A stretch of 64,000 bases of DNA from Marsupella aquatica (taxonomy: Eukaryota; Plantae; Marchantiophyta), in contig OZ316898.1 in assembly GCA_973895155.1 (NCBI GenBank), positions 13,732,330 through 13,796,329 of the forward strand. The letters are read 5' to 3'. Shown here piece by piece: positions 50,052-64,000 of this stretch. A program made the position numbers and the translations under genes. The notes beneath the pieces were generated by a model that was given only the letters and a program-made list of their open reading frames with translations, was not told where the DNA came from and searched no databases. Numbering within the stretch: position 1 is the first letter of the stretch; every line of letters begins with the position of its first letter.

Positions 50052-51702
50052 AAATCTTTGATTTTACAAGCACGACGTCAGCAATGGGAGTTTCGGTTCT
50101 ACTGTGACTAATGTACACGATGTAAAGGGAGCGAATTTTGGCCTCAAATATCATTGGCACATTATCGCAGAGAGGTATGATTTTATAGCAATTTCTGTGG
50201 CAGCTATGATTGTTGTGACAGCATGTAGTATTGACGTGTTTTTCTTTTCATTGATCCTTGCAATGAAAACCTTCTGCACTGAATGGCCGTATGTGTTGCA
50301 AATGTGGGGTCTTTTTGCGACAAGGTGCAGATTTCGGACATAAAATGATAGCAGAGTGTCTGAAGCAGATTTTTGTTGGTATTTGTTGTGGAGTTTTATT
50401 CAGGTGTGCTTTAGAGTACTTCAGATTGTTGATCGCCTTCTTCGGGCTTCTCTGTGTGCTGTGGAGTTAGCTTCAACTCCCTTGTTGGCGTCTTGTAGCA
50501 GGCAGGATGCTTCTTTATTGAAATGGCTGCCTCAGAAGGTTGTGTGGACAAACAGAAGTGTGTGGGAGCTGTAGTTAGTGCTATGAAACTTCTTGCCTGG
50601 ATCCACGTCGTGAAAACCCGCAGGAGCTAGCCATTGCCTCTCTTGATTTAGAAAAATTCAGAAGCAGCAGGTGGAGCGACTTGTGGTATTGTCATGTCCT
50701 CCGTAATGTGCAAATACTTCCATTGGGAGAAATTTTATTAACTGCCGTCAAGTACCCATCTGCAGGAGATGCAGTCCAAAGTTTGTACGGTATCAAGCTG
50801 CAAAATTGTTATGATCTCCAGGGTTTCTTACAGAGATTATCAATACCTTCGGAGTTGTACAGGAAAATGTTTGGAGCAAGTGAAGGCTTGTACTGCCAAG
50901 TCATCCAAGAAGTAGTAGGGGCAGGGAGTACATGTTATTCAAGTACTCTTCTTTACATCGAAGTTCAACTAATCTAGTAGCCTAAATTAAAGTCTGCTAG
51001 ATATTTTAAGTTTAGTTTTGGGTAGAGTGTTTCTTCACGACGGAAGTTCGTCGTAATACGTCTTCAGTCCCTAAACACGCACATGTGTAGTTCTAATACT
51101 TGCTGTATAAAGGAAGCCTTACAAACACACCTCTTTGGAATTGAACGTGAAGTACTCGAGTCATTGATGTGGAAATTCTGTATTGTTTCTTCCATTAGTG
51201 GGTTGGCCTGTTAAAACATTTGGAAGTAGTAAGCTGCCCATTGTCATGTGAACCATTTGGAGGAGTCCACCAGCGAACATAATATGGCAACAAGGTATTC
51301 ACTCAGGTCTCAAGGACGGCTACACCCAAGACACTCCAGACCCATCCCATCCTCTTTTGAAGACAACGGTTCTCGTGCAGTAGTCAGGTGGCTGGGATCT
51401 GATTTCAGTTTGCTAGGGTCCGTTGGACACCATACTGGTTCAGAACTTGGAGTGCGGGCTATGAGTTAGGGTAGCACGATGAAGCATTGAGTTAGGGTAG
51501 CACGATGAAGCATTGTCCTCCTGTAATCGTAGATACAAGATGGCCGACAGCTCTTACGTTGTCTTCCACCACTTTCACACAGACATAGAGTTTACTCTAT
51601 TCTCCTCTTTGCTGACTACGTCAATTTTCTGCCCAGCCAATTTCAGCTTTTGTCAGTTTTACAATCACTGCAAATTTCTGAAAGACTTTTATATCCACTA
51701 GT

Positions 51703-52140
51703 CCCTATTACCCATTCTTTGAACATGACCTATTACCCACATGAATAGAGAAGAGGACAACCTATTACCCATTCTTTGAACATGAAACATGACCTATTAC
51801 CCATTCTTTGAACAGGAATAGAGAAAAGTACAATAAAATGGAACAAAACATATTCTCTATTCCCATTATTTAAATATTAGTTAATGAATGATAAAAAAAA
51901 TCATGCATGTTATACATAACATACGATGTTTATACACATCTCGTTTACATGCGCATATATTTTGGTGGGGCCCTAGAGGACCTGTCTAGAGGGCTTCACT
52001 CAAGAAGCCTAGGCCCAGACTCTAGTTTCCCCTTCGCGCTTGATAAGTAAAATCACTCAAGAAGCCTAGACCCGATAAGTAAGATCACTCAAGAGCCTAG
52101 ACCCAGACTCTAGTTTCCCCTTCGTGCTTGATAAGTAAGA
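51703..52140. repeat. Cluster of short direct repeats (TE remnant)
   Basis: cctattacccattctttgaaca x3 and cactcaagaagcctag.cccagactctagtttcccc x2-3. Related motifs occur at ~27560, ~58515 and ~58650. Confidence 0.65.
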
Positions 52141-52468
52141 TTACGTAAAGTTTCTACATTTTTACCAGAATATGCCGATTGGTGTTTTTGTCAGAGGTCG
52201 CAAGCCATTGGCATACCTCGGCGTTCTGGATTTCCAAAATTCGTTGTCAAAGGAGACAGGTGTCAAGTAATTATATTTACACCTACTCATCAAGCGAGGC
52301 TACTTCACAATAGAAAGAGAACATTCCAGCGAATGAGACATTTTCTTTATTGTAAATTCTGTGCTTTGCGAATGTCGATAATTACAAACTCTCTAGTTTA
52401 AAATGGCACGTAAGGACATTTTCTTCCAAATCAGGAAGAGTGAATATCTTGTAGAACCAAAACTAAAA

Positions 52469-55400
52469 CTACTTCAAGGGGGTCGCCCAATTTTGATAAA
52501 GGGCAAGACTTTGAGTAAAATCAGTGAAAACTCCATCAACTTTCATAGTATTAAACCAATACTGGTATTCCTGGTAAGGGTCCTGGACAAAATTCCAGTG
52601 CAAAAACTGATTCTCGTTGCGAAATGTATAGGGATGAACCTGCAATTTACAATGGTCAAGCATGCAATCAGCAGGCTATTGATACAATCACAAAACAACC
52701 GAATTTGAGACTGTCAACACTAGAGTGCGATGAGCGAAAGCAATGTTACTCTAGATTCTATCCACCCATAGTTTTCCTATTTAATTTTCCGTTTCATAAG
52801 ATAATTTTCCCAACAAACCGATGAGGATATCATGCTCAAGATTACAAGCTCGTAACTTCGCGTAAGGACTCTGTAATGATTCCACTCATAACTTCTAGTA
52901 AGAACTGACTGGAAGGAAATAGTGATGGACATGACTGATTACGTACCTGCAGCCCTCGCAAATGAGCCCTCTGAACAAGATCTGTTGGGGGTTCTAAGTA
53001 ATTATCTTTAGATGGATCAAGGGTATCCTTCCACGGTCCAATACCAGCAATATACTGACTGATATAATCCAGATATGCATCTGAAGTAATTTCTTCGTAG
53101 GTCTGCACAAGCGGGGTTAGGAGCACTTAAAGTGAGCATACTGCTAGCCATTGTTCTCCCTTTAATATTTGATCTCTGATAACAGCCTGTAATAAGTCAA
53201 GGATTAGTTTACACTACTCAATCGATATCTTTCACCTCTATGGAGATAATTTTACAAATTTATCGGTTACTAAAATCCCCAGTGGTTAAAAACCGCTGAT
53301 CTGACACCATGTTACGATGATAACTCGCTCCTGTAGAGTGCATGCCCCTCAGGTTGAATGAAAACCTCATATAATTGTTATCTCACTAAGATTCATTTTA
53401 CCGAGTTCAACAAACTGCATTGTGTTCAACCATCGAAATCTCTCGTGATGTTAAATTGTTCAGAAAAATATATATATATGAAGAAATCCCTAACGGCAAA
53501 GTACAAGCAAAATTTCAATGACAAGCAATTCATATTAACACTTCTTATCCATAGAACTGACAGGTTCAAGACAACCAAGCAAATCCTCTTCCTTGAAACT
53601 TTGGGTAGAGAAATTTTAAGCTCAAAGACTGTCTCAAGTTATGAAGCCAAACCTGATTGGTGTCCTGAGTTCGAACAGTGACATCATCGATCAGGAAAAT
53701 TAATGGAGAGGTGGTGAAGTTCGAAACATAAATAAGGGACGTTGGAGCAAACGATTGTATAAAAACTGGCTGCGCAAGCCACTGTTTGGACAAGTATTTC
53801 CCATTGTAGCCGTACTTCAACAAGGTCTCCATAAAAATATCTTCAAATCGCTTGTTTCCAGGCCATTTTACCTGCAAATGACAACCATCCCCTTCCACGG
53901 AGTAAGTTCTAGTCTCGAACACTTCACTAGAGAGCACACAGCCAGAGTTCCTGACATCTGGTGCATGTACTTAGTAATTCAATTCAATCCTATCATTTGA
54001 ACAGCCACGAACATTCATTACGAAATTTCATATTTGATCCAGTGAACTGTCGTTCACATTCTCTAGAGTTGGACTCGAGAAGACATACGCTACTAGTTAT
54101 ATGAAGCAGTTGCCGAATTAATACAAGACGTTGAAGTTCAACTCACGTGTTTATTGACAAATACGGGGTCCTTGATTTCTGGATATATGCCAACAACCCT
54201 CGGTGCATCCAGCGCAATCGCAATGTACTCTTCGAAAGTGATAACTTGAAATAGACCTGACACAGCAGAATGGAAAACGGGTTGAGATTCTTTGCCCCCC
54301 TGCAGAAACATATTAATGCTTTCCTGGCTCGTATACTTTCTGTAAAATGTTACTGCGGGAATGAATTCACAATCCATCCTTAGTCTTCTTCTCTGTAGTC
54401 AATTCTACCTACTCTTCGTACAAGCCTACTCTGTTCCTCAATTTCAAGTTCAATCACTGCTTCGCCCTTTCAGTTCCGCTGTTTTTGTGTAACTTTTGCC
54501 ATACAGCTTGTTACTGGACTTGTGCGTGCAGGCAATTCATGTTATTAAATGAGAGTCTCAAACTATGGGAAAAATGGTTCACTATAATTTATGTTGCGAA
54601 AACAAAGCATGTTCCATAGGACCGACAACTGTAGCACATTTCTAGCTGTAAAGTGGTATGCCTTCTTACCGTCATAAGAATGATCACGGAAAGGCCATCT
54701 TTGGAGACATCTGAGAGTCTTGATCTCCGCAAGTGTCAAGTCCACTGTATTCAAAAGAAACCGTCGTTAGCCTTCACGAACATTACAATAGAAAGCAAGA
54801 AGGCAGAATCCACCTCACGGTCATGTGACGTAGGCAGTCTTTGTCTCGACTATGTCTTTCCCGTTCTCTGCCTACTATCTGTTCTCCTCCACTACTACAG
54901 TTCTACCTTCGAATACACAAACGCTCAACGCTCAAGCATACTCACCGGTGAAAATGCCCGTCACATTCACTCCCTCCACCTCGTAGGTGCGAACCCGATC
55001 TCCAAACTCAGTATGGTTCAACACGTCTGTGGTGGCATCGAGGATGACGTCGTGTATGCAGATCAACACCCCATCTTTGGTCGCCGAGATGTCCGTCTCG
55101 ATGAAGTCCGCTCCCACGTCAATTGCCCTCTGCCATCCCAAAGTCCCCCAGTTTTGGCGAGCTTAGCACACCAAACTTTCCATTTTCCTACATCCGTCGA
55201 GCACAACATGGAAACAAGAGAGGAGCCCTAACAAGAAAAATTGAGAGAGAGGGAGAGAGAGAGAGAGAGTTTGCCGCCACACACCACGTAAGCAGGGGCA
55301 GTTTCCTCGGGCAACTGTCCATTGGCGCCACGGTGAGCAATGTTGTAAGGCCTTGACGTCTGGATGGGTCGCCAGGACTTGCTTTTGTCGAAGACAAGCG

Positions 55401-55707
55401 ACCCATCCTGTCCAGCCTGCGCGTCTTGAATCCCCGAGAGCACGAACACCGCCCCGACGAGCAGGATCAAACCTATCAACAGCGTTATGAAAAGCGGCCG
55501 GTAAGTAGGGGACGGGGGACGGTCGTCGTTGAAAGAACTCTTCGTCCCATACGTACGATCCGCACAATCCACTTCAATCAAGAACGACATATCAGCTCCA
55601 GAGTCCAGGCAGACATATTTCATGAGGAATTGCGACGGCCCATTGACATCATGTGCACCTGCATTCTCTCCAATTTCCTGCCGTCTTGGCAGAAACCCAA
55701 CATTCAT
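52469..55707 (-). CDS. GDPD: Glycerophosphodiester phosphodiesterase (GDPD5/6-like); exons 55707-55285, 55129-54946, 54744-54670, 54256-54147, 53871-53653, 53102-52947, 52639-52469
   Basis: PYNIAHRGANGQLPEETAPAY|RAI..GADFIETDI.ATKDGVLICIHD, GIYPEIKDP, FIQSFAPTSL, GIGPWKD, VHPYTFRNE, VDGVFTDF. There is an N-terminal TM segment. The start could alternatively be the Met at 55590. Confidence 0.94.
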
Positions 55708-58700
55708 GAACAATAACGGAGCAAATTTGAACAACAAAGAACGAGCACACGCGAGAAATACATGGGAGAGACAAAAATTCGACTATTCAAGACGAGGAGA
55801 GAACGGAAATGGAGGCTGTTGAGAAAACGTGGTCCCCGGATAAGTGGAAGTACAGACTACAGACTATGCGGAGGACGTAAAAATGTACACGCAAGGAACA
55901 GCAGCATCCACATCAACAGCACCTTGGGGAATATCCGTGGTATCTACCGAGATTCAAAAGCGAAACACGGAAGCGCTCTGTTAAAAGTGAAAAACCGGGG
56001 ACCACGGTCTTCTTCGCAAAGGGCGGAAAGACATCTCTTCGGCCCTTCCAATGCAGAGTCATTGATGTCCAACATTATTGTTCTTTCTTGCCATCTTCAT
56101 GAGGGCTGCTTTGACCGAGGGCGTTCATTTCGGCGATTATTTTCCCGATACGAGCGGAGTTCGACGACTCTGGACAGACTTTGCGTCAAGCGACAAATAA
56201 TTTCTACATCGAGCTAAACTTCCAGGCGTGGAATCCCTCAGCCAGATCGTCGATGGCATTCCACGATTCCAATCCAGCAGCAGCATGCCCTCCGACCCTT
56301 TGTCTCATACCATTGCTCATGGTAAAAATTGTCTAAATTAAGAACGAAAATTTCGGCAGTGGAGGCACTCAGCAACGGAGACTGACCAACACGTACTACA
56401 AATCCTCTCTGCGTGAAAAACTACAGAGATTAGACTAGCCGGTCATGCATCCAAGTGAAGCGTCTCTCTCTCTGTCGCTCAATTCAACCCTCTGGCAGTC
56501 TGGCCCGGTAATACTATAGGTCTCGTGCGGGGCTCGTCTTCAAAACGACACTGCGTTTTTGGGTCATGGCGGATGAGCAGTCCTAAAAGACAAAACTTAA
56601 ATCATGGTACAAGAATGGACAAAAGATGTACAAGAGAGTAACTTTCTCCTTCGTATATTTTTGCCGCTGTTGGCTCCGTTTTTGGTAAAGTGGTTGTTTT
56701 GATTAAAAACGTGCAAGAATGTGTGTGATCAGGCGAAAATCCACAGCTGGAGTCTCGAGGGAGCTCCCTGGAAACCATCTCAAGTTTCTCGGGCCTGCAA
56801 CTCTTCAAATTGCCTCTCTCAAACAACATGCATGCATGCAAAAACCTCTCCGAAGCTCAAGGACTCATGACGTGATTGTTACATTTAGACAGTCATACGA
56901 AGAACCTTCAAAGAAAGTCGCTTCCGTGTTTCTTAATTCTGTAAGTCCGACAGTGGAATCATGCCAGGTGAGTAAAATTCTTTCCTGCTGACTTACTTGC
57001 CTTCCTGCGGCAACCATGCAAATTCCGAATATTTCTGCACTGCCGAGCTCGAGATGATGAACCAATGACACTATTCCTCGCAAAGGTAATCATGAAATCC
57101 AGCACTTCGGAAAGCGCTCATCCTCCAGGACACAATTCCAAGGACGATGCAAAACTTATCAACGTGACTACACCAGCTCGATTCTACCACAGCTTTCAAT
57201 AATCCAATCTGCAGTCTTAATTTACCGAACGTACAGCAGACTCAGCCTCCGAAAGTGAACAGAAGCATGCAACTTGCCAATTCTCTCACTCAGAGCATCC
57301 AAACAATCCAAACAGTCATGAAATATAAGTACAAGGTGCCAAAGCAATTTTTGCAAAGGCCTAGAGTCATCGAACCATCGCTGCATTGATCGAGACCCCG
57401 AAGAGCGATATCATACGAAATCACAGAACGGATCGAACCATCGAATGTTCTTCATGCTTGAGATGAAAGTGCCACCACGAGAGCTAACAGAGTGTGACTC
57501 GATGGAAAGCTTTGAAGCTACCACTTCCTGACAGAAATGAGAAAGGTGACAAGCCAGCACAAAGTTTGCGAGAAGAAGTGACATCCAGTCTATCAGTGCA
57601 CTCACCGACAATTCTAGCTCGCAGGAGATTCATCTCGCCCCAAGACAAGACAGCGTGGCTAATCACTCTATACGGTACCTTCAGAAAATACAGTAGATGT
57701 ATTCTCTGCTCTCTCTCCCCTCTGTCTGTAGACGAATCACTCTGACCAGCCCAGCTCCTCGCTTTCACCTGAGGAATTATGATGGCAAACACTTTCGCGT
57801 CCATCGGCTTAAATCCTGTGAACAGCCGCTGCTGTACGCCGAATTGAAGCCATCCGCATGTCGATTTGCAGCGTACTTCCTGTGGGCAGGAGCTGCTGTA
57901 TATCGAATTGAAGCCATCCGGGTGTCGAATTGCAGCACGGAAGCAGGAAAATGATACGCATATCGCTCGAATATTACTCTTCCGCGAAGATTCCTCCTGC
58001 AAATTTCGTAAAGAAATGTCGCTCGGTCGTTCTGTAAAGCAGCTTCTCCCACTGCCAGCGAGATTCCGTTGCATATTGTCCGTCGAATTGCCGCACAGCT
58101 GAAAGAAAGAAATGCACCACTCTCTTTGGTATTAGGGGGACCAATGAGTCGACGGGCCGTCGAAAACCCTCCATCGCAGTAGATTCCGCTTTCATAGCAG
58201 TTTAGTCAACTCATGTGGAGATTAATTCATGAGCGATTAATTTTTCTTATAAAACATGAATTACAAATTAGAGTTGGGGCCTAGGGGCCTAGGCTTGTAG
58301 ATTGAATCTCTAAACCCTACTTATCATGTGTATGGGAAACCATAAGTTTTATGGCCCCACCATAACATATGTGCATGAATACATACAAAAGAATATGATA
58401 TGTCATGTATAATTATTAAAATAATAATATGTATGATGGTTTTTTTTCATTTTATGATCAAATTAAACAATAATAACAATAGGTTCACAAGTTTTTAGAA
58501 GTATTAGCCTGATTACCCGTTTTTTGAACGTAAACAGATATGAAGAAAAAAATACTTACACAATAATATTTCTATGCTATTTAGTTAATTCTCATTTTAA
58601 GTATTTTTAAATTGAGATTCATGATCACTTTTGTCTGTACTGGGTTACCGTCTAGAGGTTTCACTCTAGACCCTAGGCCCTTAAGAGTAGACTTTCGTCA

Positions 58701-59920
58701 GTGCTTTTATAGTAAAATTGAAACATAGATGTTTTTGATGCTGTTCCATGTGGGGGACACTCTTTGGTTATCTTGTCTTATTGAATTACTTTGAAATTTT
58801 TAAATTAATCCACTCTAATTTATGTTTATGTCATGTATTATTAAGAATTTGGTCATTTCTACCAGCCCCTTAATTTTTTTTATTTTCTTGGTTTTTATTA
58901 AGTTCCCTATATTTTTATTTGAAAGGAAAATTTCTTTACTTCCATGAGAAAGTTGACACTTCAACCAGGCAACTAGGACTCTATTTATTGATGTCGTGCA
59001 GCTTATATGTACAATTAGTTATAAAGTTTATGGATTAACATGTGTCACCTAAATGAGAGCCTCTCCAAATAGAGAGAATTAAAAAGGAACAAGTTAGCGT
59101 AGTTCTTTGTGAATGACAAAATATGATACTGTACATTAACTAGTACATTCACATTAATGTACTTGTCTCAACCAGAAATTATTATTGTATCTCTCTCACA
59201 TTTAAAAAGATGTTTCAATACTAGCGTTTCATAAACTAGTCAAACTAAAATGTTTTAACTCTTATAATGATTTTCTCAAAAAAAAATTATAAGTCAAAAT
59301 AACATGTATTAGTATCAACATGTTATATGAAGCATACAAAAGTAGCAGGTCCACAAATGAATTTCGAGGAACAACAGCAAGATGACAAGGCGTCCAATCA
59401 TCCCTCACACCGTGGTCAAATAGACTGAACAATGAAAAAGAAAATTATGCACCAAATAAACAAATGAAAGAAAATTATGCTGCATTTATGATTTATGATA
59501 TCCAAATCCATCACTGTTGGTCATAAATATATCAGGGTCCCAAAGGACAAAAACGCCAAAGTCTGTGACAAATAGAATGAATGGTTGAAAGAAAGAAAGA
59601 AAGAAAATGCATCACTCTTGGATAAGTGCAAAAACCCTTGATAAGTATGCATTGCACTTATCAGTAAGCGCACATCCCATCATATTGCATTTACTGCTAA
59701 GTGCAGCCATTTTTGGTACTGTAAATAACTGCAAAGATGGAGTGGGACACCAATTTTACTGTAGGATGTACAATTGCTCCCGGTCATAAAACTGGTCACT
59801 AGCATTGTAGGGGTTTGCACTTATGAAGTAGTAGAAAGCCTTGTTTAGTGCACACTTCATCCGGCTTCTCAAGAGTGTGCACTTAGAAATATTTTTTTGT
59901 ACTTTATCCAAAATAGAACA

Positions 59921-60003
59921 TTGCATACTATTCACAACGGCGTACTGCGTACTATTCACAACGGCATACTGCATTCTATTCAAAACGGCATACTGCATAC
60001 TAT
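59921..60003. repeat. 24-bp tandem repeat x3.5
   Basis: Unit tgcatactattcacaacggcatac. Confidence 0.85.
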
Positions 60004-61387
60004 ATTAATGTTTTAAGGTGGAGGAGGTACCACCTGGCCATTGATACCAAACGTGGACCATAATTTTGGGAAAATGTGGTATATGCTCTTAGCATCCTCT
60101 AGATTTCGGGTTCTTAGGCTTTGAATAAATTGGCCATTGATCATATTGTATGGTCAAAGTGACCCTTTCCACAGAGCACGAGCCCATGGAAATTTGGCAC
60201 CCCCTACTTTTCTGGAAGTTCTAGCGTCCAAGCTGAGTAGGATTGTCAGACCCCTAGTCGAGCGTGTTTTTATATGACAAAAAAATGCTAGATTCCACAT
60301 CTTTAAAAAGTTTTGACTTTTGGCAAAAGTTTGCTAGATTTTATGTCTCCATTACCCAGTTTCCTAGCAGCTACAGCCCCCATCAACCAAAATCTAACAG
60401 CAATCCTTAATTCTAGGGAGATCTTTTGGTCAGAAAATAATCTAGGCAATTAGATAAGTAATAATCCTAGCATTTCTCCTTCACACAAGGTGGCATTTGC
60501 CCAAAAAAAAAAAAAACCCCAGTACGTCTCCTATGTCCTTTTTTGTCAGAATTTTTGTTGTGCAAAGGGATGTCGTAAGCTCAGATGGGATCTCCATCCA
60601 AATGAATAGACTCCGATAGGATCCCATATGTTCTCTTTGTACAAAAGGAAAGATTTTTTGCACTATATCCAGTGCCATCTTGGCTAAAATGAATGTTTAT
60701 GTCGATCCTGTCAACACTTAGAAAGTACCCTTTCCCAGTAAAAGGTTTCCTTTCACTCAATTATTTGTCCATGATTACTTTTTACTATATTGTCACTCTC
60801 TTCCATCTAAAATAATACATACTTTGTGTTGGGGTTCTAATCGGACAGCATGACAGTAGTAGGAACCAACATATAACAATGAATCAACACCAACAAAGAG
60901 AGTACTACGTGATTCACCCTACCTGGGCTATGTCCACAGTTGTGAGAAAAAACATCAATGAACATAACAAGTACACCCACCATAGCCTAGCTCCACATTC
61001 AAGCTCCACTATGAGCTGAGTGATCTCTCTCACAACCTCTACACAGAGGACTGAACTCTCATATTGAACTCTCAATATGAGCGTACATTTGTGATCCCCT
61101 TGGATATACCCGATCACATGGTCTATGGAAACCTGGAACTAAAAAAATTATTATCCTAGTCTGCTATAGCCTAACTAGTGCTATGGAAGTAAATATGTTA
61201 TATTAGAGGCATAACCTAACTTACACTTTGTTGCTTTTGAGTTACTTTAGTTAGTACATTGCTATTTTCTAATTTTGAGGTTTGGGAGGGTGGACGGGGG
61301 TGATGCTTTGATAATAATACCAACAAGGTGCACAAAGGACTATAATAGATATGTTCCTTCAAAATTAAACCTTAGAATAGTTTGAAT

Positions 61388-62863
61388 CACTACAAAGAAG
61401 GACTTAACATGACCCCTGTGGCATCTCCTGGACTTAACAGGACTACAAGATGCCATCAGGACTTAATAGGACCCCTGTGATTGGCCACCATCACCAGGAT
61501 CTTGTTGGAGTGCACATAATAAGTCACAGTTGGTTGTTGAGTGTGCGTTTCACAGTTGGTAGGCACACTTTGTTTTAGCAAAAACTTTAGCAGAGAGTTT
61601 ACAATAGGGGAGTCTTGAACAGGGTTGGGATAGTTGGGATAGCCCAAAGTTCAATGCGGGAGGAGAGTCAATAGTTTTGAATGAGAAACCTTGGCAATCG
61701 ATATCTCCAGTCTATTGAAGGAGGAAAACAGTGCATGAACCTTTGTGGTCTTGTTGGATCATGGACATTGCTGGATTGTGGATGCTACACTTCAATCATT
61801 GGATTGTGCTGGGTGACTCAAGTGTTGGCGACCTCCAAGGTACCAGTTACTTATGGAATCATGAGTTTTGTTTACAGATTTAAGGGCGCTCTCTCTGTTG
61901 AAGGGTGCTTTCTTTATTCTGAAAATCCAGAACAGCTAGCCCATTCAAGCTGATTGCCTACCTCTATTGATATGAGGTCGTCCACTTAAAAGTGTTGAAA
62001 ATTTTGAGTTAACAGGCCAGAAAGTGTTGTCCTTCTTGCGCAATGGCAGGCGATGGAGCTTTGCCGTCGAACGAGAATCACCAAAATTTGCTTGCAGCAG
62101 GGTGCGCCCTTTGTATTTCTATGGCGCCTTGAGTAATTGGTCAGAATTAATCAATGTAGCTTTCCCTCCACTGATCCGCAATAACCGACAATTCACATCT
62201 TTGGACAAAATTTCAGGTCGACATAATAAACCCTATGTGCAATCATCTTCAATCCACGAGCATTCGTCTAATGCCCCAAAGTGTCTCCTGATATTTGATT
62301 TGAGACTAAATGAGTGAGCCAGAATCCAGATGTCACTGCCGCCTGCCAATGCTTTGTTGAGAGGAAGCTCGCTTTCCCAGCTTGCTTTTAAGACTAGTTA
62401 CTTTTCCAGCTCAGTGGAGCTTTAGAAACTAGTTGACGATGATGGTCTTCAAAGACCTGTTCCAATCTACATCTTTGATCTTGTCATCCTTGTGCATTGT
62501 TGATGCTAAAACTCCCTTTTCTTGCTCCCTTCCCCAACATTTTCTGTTCATGGTACTGTATGAAACTGACCCGGCCTGCCGCTTGCTGTTCATGCTTGCC
62601 TAAAATGCCTCTCCAAGAGCCTCAAATAAATCACTCTGCTAAATCACCTCTACTCTGATCCCAACTGCGTTGTACTGCGCTGTACTGCGTGGTGACCTGA
62701 TGTTCTTGTATGACAATGACTCATGATCTGACAAGCACTCCATAAGAACCTAGCTACGGTATGCAGTCGTAGGGGTCCTATTAAGTCCTAATGGCATCTT
62801 GCAGTCCTGTTAAGTCCAGGAGATGCCAGAGGGGTCCTATTAACAAAGTCCTTCTTTGGACGG
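61388..62863. mobile_element. Non-autonomous CACTA-like element with ~85-bp inverted ends built from subterminal repeats
   Basis: The left end is CACTAcaaagaaggacttaa... 61393-61477 mirrors 62772-62858 (...aagtccttctttg). The motif ggacttaa(c/t)aggac is repeated. The right terminus is degenerate (gacgg instead of tagtg). Confidence 0.7.
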
Positions 62864-64000
62864 ACTCACGAAGACCGACTGAATAGTTCTTGCCTTCATA
62901 GTTTCTACTGCCTTGTCCCCCTTGGTTGGATTTCTATGCAATTCATGCAAATAAACCCTGGCTACCATACTGCCTCATTACTAGCTTCAATCCATTCAGT
63001 CAATGAATACACCAAATTTCAATAATTAGTGAAATCATTACCTAAACTAAAGCTCAACAAACACTAAAACTCATTAGTTGTTAAAGCTTGACCAAATGGA
63101 AAATTGCAACTCCAAATATGTCCCCCTCCTTGCCCACACCCAAACTTCCACCCATTTTTGCATCCCCCTAAGTATCCTATCTCACTTTAGTCTCTAGCTT
63201 TCATCTGTCTGGTTTGATGAGGGTCCATCATCACAAAGTTTAGGGACAGTAACTTCCTTCCTTTTTATTAGCAAATAGAACTAAACTATAGTACGTACCA
63301 TTGGTTTCAAGTGCACACTGTCAAATTTAACTATCAACATTGCATCTCATCGTCAATCTAAAAAATTTGATGTCATGCACCTTAGTATCCTTGTGACCAT
63401 TGTGCATTGTTGTCCATCACCTCACTGTTCGCCAATGATTGATCAAATGATTCAAGTATATTGCCCTTGATGGGAGCTATCAAGGTAGACGATGAAATCC
63501 ACATGAAAAATCTCATGATGACGGCACTAGTAAACATAATACTAACACAGTATTAGTGACAAAAATACTACTTTTGAATCTGGGGGCAACAATAAAAAGG
63601 GATGCCTTGCTGATCTGCTGGCCTCCTGACTGGCCTTCCACTCTGGGGGAAAACCAACAGGGTCTCAAGCAATTAATCTAACAGCTAGAGTTAGTCATTG
63701 TTATTTTTTAACTAACAAATAATATGAAGAAATGGTTTATTATGATTTGAAAAGTAAAAAAATGGTTACTATAGGGTACCAGTTTTGCTTCCTGTCGTTG
63801 TTTCTTAGCATGTCAATTTCCATTTTTCTTCATTTTTTACCAATCTTGGGTTTAACCACTTTTTGCTGGCATTGCAACAAACACAAACATACAGTTAAGT
63901 TATGTGTGTTTGTTTCCCCAAATATTGTCATTTGTATTTGTGGCAAAAATGGCTTATATGGCCCAGCCACAAACCAAGAATTTTGGAAAGAACTTGTCAT

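Overview
This is eukaryotic, intron-rich land-plant nuclear DNA. A seed-free plant such as a liverwort is likely, inferred from a canonical PKA catalytic-subunit gene alongside plant-type ubiquitin, MRS2, mTERF and GDPD genes. Host genes: a 12-exon PKA-C kinase (1291-6834, +) with one GC-AG intron and an intronic tRNA-Ala(UGC)-like gene; two convergent polyubiquitin genes (6 and 5 units) from an inverted duplication; a BORCS8/MEF2BNB-like gene; an MRS2 Mg2+ transporter; an mTERF; and a GDPD. The most notable feature lies between the two polyubiquitin genes. It is a ~3.2-kb Crypton-like DNA element (15573-18792) carrying a spliced, now pseudogenised DUF3504-type tyrosine recombinase, bounded by 30-bp inverted repeats. 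A 147-bp mini-element with related inverted ends abuts it head-to-tail, and their junction is a perfect palindrome resembling a recombination site. The rest of the intergenic DNA holds LINE remnants, a foldback/MITE element, a CACTA-like element and many tandem repeats. All exon and repeat coordinates were derived by eye.
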